Assembly (NCBI GenBank): GCA_002269645.1
Contig: NIVC01002182.1
Span: 1 to 60,725, forward strand
DNA length: 60,725 nt
Reading direction: 5' to 3'
Source: Macrostomum lignano
Lineage: Eukaryota
Below the pieces are notes generated by a model. It was not told where the DNA came from, did not search any database, and saw nothing but the letters and a program-made list of their open reading frames with translations. Of the stretch, positions 55,501 through 60,725 are shown one piece after another; the stretch's first letter is position 1, and each line of letters starts with the position of its first letter. The position numbers were made by a program, and so were the translations under genes.

Positions 55501-58500
55501 TCGTAGTCTATTAGCTGCTCTCCTGAGTTCGAAGCTGACAGGTCAGTTGCAGTCGGCATCGATTGAGTCGACTGCCAATTTAGTCAATGGGTTTCGTTTC
55601 TTCTTTTCATTGGAACCTGTGGTGGGATTAGCAAAAGATCGATTTCGCATATCGATTTAGTGATTTCAAGGACGACAAAATCATTCTTCTCTGCATGTCA
55701 GCTTCAGAAGATGCTAGTTTGCTTGCAGCTTTCTGTAGGAGCATTCTACTTTAGTAAAGTATACCCATTCTAAAATAAGCTGTTTTTAATCTGTCCCAAC
55801 AAGTCTCTGTGCAGTGTGTCATCCGTTTGCCCATCAATTTGTTCTGGAGCCCTTTATTAATTGAGTTCTTTAGGTGACTTAACAAATGCGGAAAAAACTA
55901 GACACACACACAGTGGCCCAACACTTCGTGTCCCAATAATTGCTAGGAAAAATGCACTGCAGTGTTTAAGCATCTCTTCTGAGGGGCCCTTGCATGCATA
56001 GCTATAGAATCTGCTAAGACCCGATCTGAGAGTTAAAAGTACAAAAAGTTATAACGCTTCTAGACACGAAAACGAATGCAGCCACAGCATGAACTAACCT
56101 TTCATTGAAGCTTCTGCTTAAGACTTTGATGCTGTGAAGCATTCTGGCATCTAGCATTACTCTCGTAGTCTATTAGCTGCTCTCCTGAGTTCGAAGCTGA
56201 CAGGTCAGTTGCAGTCGGCATCGATTGAGTCGACTGCCAATTTAGTCAATGGGTTTCGTTTCTTCTTTTCATTGGAACCTGTGGTGGGATTAGCAAAAGA
56301 TCGATTTCGCATATCGATTTAGTGATTTCAAGGACGACAAAATCATTCTTCTCTGCATGTCAGCTCAGAAGATGCTAGTTTGCTTGCAGCTTTCTGTAGG
56401 AGCATTCTACTTTAGTAAAGTGTATACCCATTCTAAAATAAGCTGTTTTTAATCTGTCCCAACAAGTCTCTGTGCAGTGTGTCATCCGTTTGCCCATCAA
56501 TTTGTTCTGGAGCCCTTTATTAATTGAGTTCTTTAGGTGACTTAACAAATGCGGAAAAAACTAGACACACACACAGTGGCCCAACACTTCGTGTCCCAAT
56601 AATTGCTAGGAAAAATGCACTGCAGTGTTTAAGCATCTCCTCTGAGGGGCCCTTGCATGCATAGCTATAGAATCTGCTAAGACCCGATCTGAGAGTTAAA
56701 AGTACAAAAAGTTATAACGCTTCTAGACACGAAAACGAATGCAGCCACAGCATGAACTAACCTTTCATTGAAGCTTCTGCTTAAGACTTTGATGCTGTGA
56801 AGCATTCTGGCATCTAGCATTACTCTCGTAGTCTATTAGCTGCTCTCCTGAGTTCGAAGCTGACAGGTCAGTTGCAGTCGGCATCGATTGAGTCGACTGC
56901 CAATTTAGTCAATGGGTTTCGTTTCTTCTTTTCATTGGAACCTGTGGTGGGATTAGCAAAAGATCGATTTCGCATATCGATTTAGTGATTTCAAGGACGA
57001 CAAAATCATTTTCTCTGCATGTCAGCTCAGAAGATGCTAGTTTGCTTGCAGCTTTCTGTAGGAGCATTCTACTTTAGTAAAGTGTACCCATTCTAAAATA
57101 AGCTGTTTTTAATCTGTCCCAACAAGTCTCTGTGCAGTGTGTCATCCGTTTGCCCATCAATTTGTTCTGGAGCCCTTTATTAATTGAGTTCTTTAGGTGA
57201 CTTAACAAATGCGGAAAAAACTAGACACACACACAGTGGCCCAACACTTCGTGTCCCAATAATTGCTAGGAAAAATGCACTGCAGTGTTTAAGCATCTCT
57301 TCTGAGGGGCCCTTGCATGCATAGCTATAGAATCTGCTAAGACCCGATCTGAGAGTTAAAAGTACAAAAAGTTATAACGCTTCTAGACACGAAAACGAAT
57401 GCAGCCACAGCATGAACTAACCTTTCATTGAAGCTTCTGCTTAAGACTTTGATGCTGTGAAGCATTCTGGCATCTAGCATTACTCTCGTAGTCTATTAGC
57501 TGCTCTCCTGAGTTCGAAGCTGACAGGTCAGTTGCAGTCGGCATCGATTGAGTCGACTGCCAATTTAGTCAATGGGTTTCGTTTCTTCTTTTCACTGGAA
57601 CCTGTGGTGGGATTAGCAAAAGATCGATTTTGCATATCTGTTTAGTGATTTCAAGGACGACAAAATCATTCTTCTCTGCATGTCAGCTCCAGAAGATGCT
57701 AGTTTGCTTGCAGCTTTCTGTAGGAGCATTCTACTTTAGTAAAGTATACCCATTCTAAAATAAGCTGTTTTTAATCTGTCCCAACAAGTCTCTGTGCAGT
57801 GTGTCATCCGTTTGCCCATCAATTTGTTCTGGAGCCCTTTATTAATTGAGTTCTTTAGGTGACTTAACAAATGCGGAAAAAACTAGACACACACACAGTG
57901 GCCCAACACTTCGTGTCCCAATAATTGCTAGGAAAAATGCACTGCAGTGTTTAAGCATCTCCTCTGAGGGGCCCTTGCATGCATAGCTATAGAATCTGCT
58001 AAGACCCGATCTGAGAGTTAAAAGTACAAAAAGTTATAACGCTTCTAGACACGAAAACGAATGCAGCCACAGCATGAACTAACCTTTCATTGAAGCTTCT
58101 GCTTAAGACTTTGATGCTGTGAAGCATTCTGGCATCTAGCATTACTCTCGTAGTCTATTAGCTGCTCTCCTGAGTTCGAAGCTGACAGGTCAGTTGCAGT
58201 CGGCATCGATTGAGTCGACTGCCAATTTAGTCAATGGGTTTCGTTTCTTCTTTTCATTGGAACCTGTGGTGGGATTAGCAAAAGATCGATTTCGCATATC
58301 GATTTAGTGATTTCAAGGACGACAAAATCATTATTCTCTGCATGTCAGCTTCAGAAGATGCTAGTTTGCTTGCAGCTTTCTGTAGGAGCATTCTACTTTA
58401 GTAAAGTAACCCATTCTAAAATAAGCTGTTTTTAATCTGTCCCAACAAGTCTCTGTGCAGTGTGTCATCCGTTTGCCCATCAATTTGTTCTGGAGCCCTT

Positions 58501-60725
58501 TATTAATTGAGTTCTTTAGGTGACTTAACAAATGCGGAAAAAACTAGACACACACACAGTGGCCCAACACTTCGTGTCCCAATAATTGCTAGGAAAAATG
58601 CACTGCAGTGTTTAAGCATCTCTTCTGAGGGGCCCTTGCATGCATAGCTATAGAATCTGCTAAGACCCGATCTGAGAGTTAAAAGTACAAAAAGTTATAA
58701 CGCTTCTAGACACGAAAACGAATGCAGCCACAGCATGAACTAACCTTTCATTGAAGCTTCTGCTTAAGACTTTGATGCTGTGAAGCATTCTGGCATCTAG
58801 CATTACTCTCGTAGTCTATTAGCTGCTCTCCTGAGTTCGAAGCTGACAGGTCAGTTGCAGTCGGCATCGATTGAGTCGACTGCCAATTTAGTCAATGGGT
58901 TTCGTTTCTTCTTTTCACTGGAACCTGTGGTGGGATTAGCAAAAGATCGATTTTGCATATCTGTTTAGTGATTTCAAGGACGACAAAATCATTCTTCTCT
59001 GCATGTCAGCTCCAAAGATGCTAGTTTGCTTGCAGCTTTCTGTAGGAGCATTCTACTTTAGTAAAGTATACCCATTCTAAAATAAGCTGTTTTTAATCTG
59101 TCCCAACAAGTCTCTGTGCAGTGTGTCATCCGTTTGCCCATCAATTTGTTCTGGAGCCCTTTATTAATTGAGTTCTTTAGGTGACTTAACAAATGCGGAA
59201 AAAACTAGACACACACACAGTGGCCCAACACTTCGTGTCCCAATAATTGCTAGGAAAAATGCACTGCAGTGTTTAAGCATTCCTTCTGAGGGGCCCTTGC
59301 ATGCATAGCTATAGAATCTGCTAAGACCCGATCTGAGAGTTAAAAGTACAAAAAGTTATAACGCTTCTAGACACGAAAACGAATGCAGCCACAGCATGAA
59401 CTAACCTTTCATTGAAGCTTCTGCTTAAGACTTTGATGCTGTGAAGCATTCTGGCATCTAGCATTACTCTCGTAGTCTATTAGCTGCTCTCCTGAGTTCG
59501 AAGCTGACAGGTCAGTTGCAGTCGGCATCGATTGAGGTCGACTGCCAATTTAGTCAATGGGTTTCGTTTCTTCTTTTCATTGGAACCTGTGTGGATTAGC
59601 AAAAGATCGATTTCGCATATCGATTTAGTGATTTCAAGGACGACAAAATCATTCTTCTCTGCATGTCAGCTCCAGAAGATGCTAGTTTGCTTGCAGCTTT
59701 CTGTAGGAGCATTCTACTTTAGTAAAGTTACCCATTCTAAAATAAGCTGTTTTTAATCTGTCCCAACAAGTCTCTGTGCAGTGTGTCATCCGTTTGCCCA
59801 TCAATTTGTTCTGGAGCCCTTTATTAATTGATGTCTTTAGGTGACTTAAACAAATGCGGAAAAAACTAGACACACACACAGTGGCCCAACACTTCGTGTC
59901 CCAATAATTGCTAGGAAAAATGCACTGCAGTGTTTAAGCATCTCCTCTGAGGGGCCCTTGCATGCATAGCTATAGAATCTGCTAAGACCCGATCTGAGAG
60001 TTAAAAGTACAAAAAGTTATAACGCTTCTAGACACGAAAACGAATGCAGCCACAGCATGAACTAACCTTTCATTGAAGCTTCTGCTTAAGACTTTGATGC
60101 TGTGAAGCATTCTGGCATCTAGCATTACTCTCGTAGTCTATTAGCTGCTCTCCTGAGTTCGAAGCTGACAGGTCAGTTGCAGTCGCATCGATTGAGTCGA
60201 CTGCCAATTTAGTCAATGGGTTTCTTTCTTCTTTTCATTGAACCTGTGGTGGGATTAGCAAAAGATCGATTTCGCATATCGATTTAGTGATTTCAAGGAC
60301 GACAAAATCATTATTCTCTGCATGTCAGCTTCAGAAGATGCTAGTTTGCTTGCAGCTTTCTGTAGGAGCATTCTACTTTAGTAAAGTATACCCATTCTAA
60401 AATAAGCTGTTTTTAATCTGTCCCAACAAGTCTCTGTGCAGTGTGTCATCCGTTTGCCCATCAATTTGTTCTGGAGCCCTTTATTAATTGAGTTCTTTAG
60501 GTGACTTAACAAATGCGGAAAAACTAGACACACACACAGTGGCCCAACACTTCGTGTCCCAATAATTGCTAGGAAAAATGCACTGCAGTGTTTAAGCATC
60601 TCTTCTGAGGGGCCCTTAGCATGCATAGCTATAGAATCTGCTAAGACCCGATCTGAGAGGTTAAAAGTACAAAAAGTTATAACGCTTCTAGACACGAAAA
60701 CGAATGCAGCCACAGCATGAACTAA
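49521..60725. repeat. 662-bp tandem repeat (macrosatellite), about 17 copies, truncated by the window end
   Basis: Marker TCGTAG(A/T)CTATTAGCTGCTCTCC at 49545, 50207 and 50869 gives a 662-bp period; copies differ by only a few substitutions and indels. Confidence 0.98.

Noticed and set aside
49521-60725. 662-bp unit as a 5S/U-snRNA/SL-RNA/histone cluster; GAGTTCGAAGC as a B box; AATTTGTTCTGG as an Sm site
   Set aside because: No recognisable gene body, no matching A box or splice-leader donor context, and the short ORFs are not conserved between copies.

Overview
Eukaryotic (animal-type) genomic DNA with spliceosomal introns. Well over half of the window is tandem repeat or transposon-derived; the taxon cannot be fixed from the sequence alone. 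One complete gene is supported: a 5-exon NDR-family kinase (STK38/tricornered type, 12507-15190, +, 469 aa) whose first coding intron needs a non-canonical GC donor. A protocadherin-like first exon (46460-46775, +) carries a 1-nt frameshift. The most striking structure is a 17.3-kb block (21984-39283) of three diverged non-autonomous Helitrons joined exactly head-to-tail (CTAG|TC). Each carries a tRNA-like Pol III-type cassette, a 23-bp satellite and a 16/17-bp G-rich satellite, expanded to different extents per copy. Also present: two tRNA-derived SINE families (one CORE-like), a 652-bp TA-flanked MITE, a 100-bp nested palindrome, 32-, 45-, 28- and 15-bp minisatellites, and a 662-bp tandem array of about 17 copies running off the right end. 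Most ORFs in the supplied track are repeat-generated or random. Copy numbers and divergences were estimated by eye; family assignments come from recalled consensus motifs, not searches.
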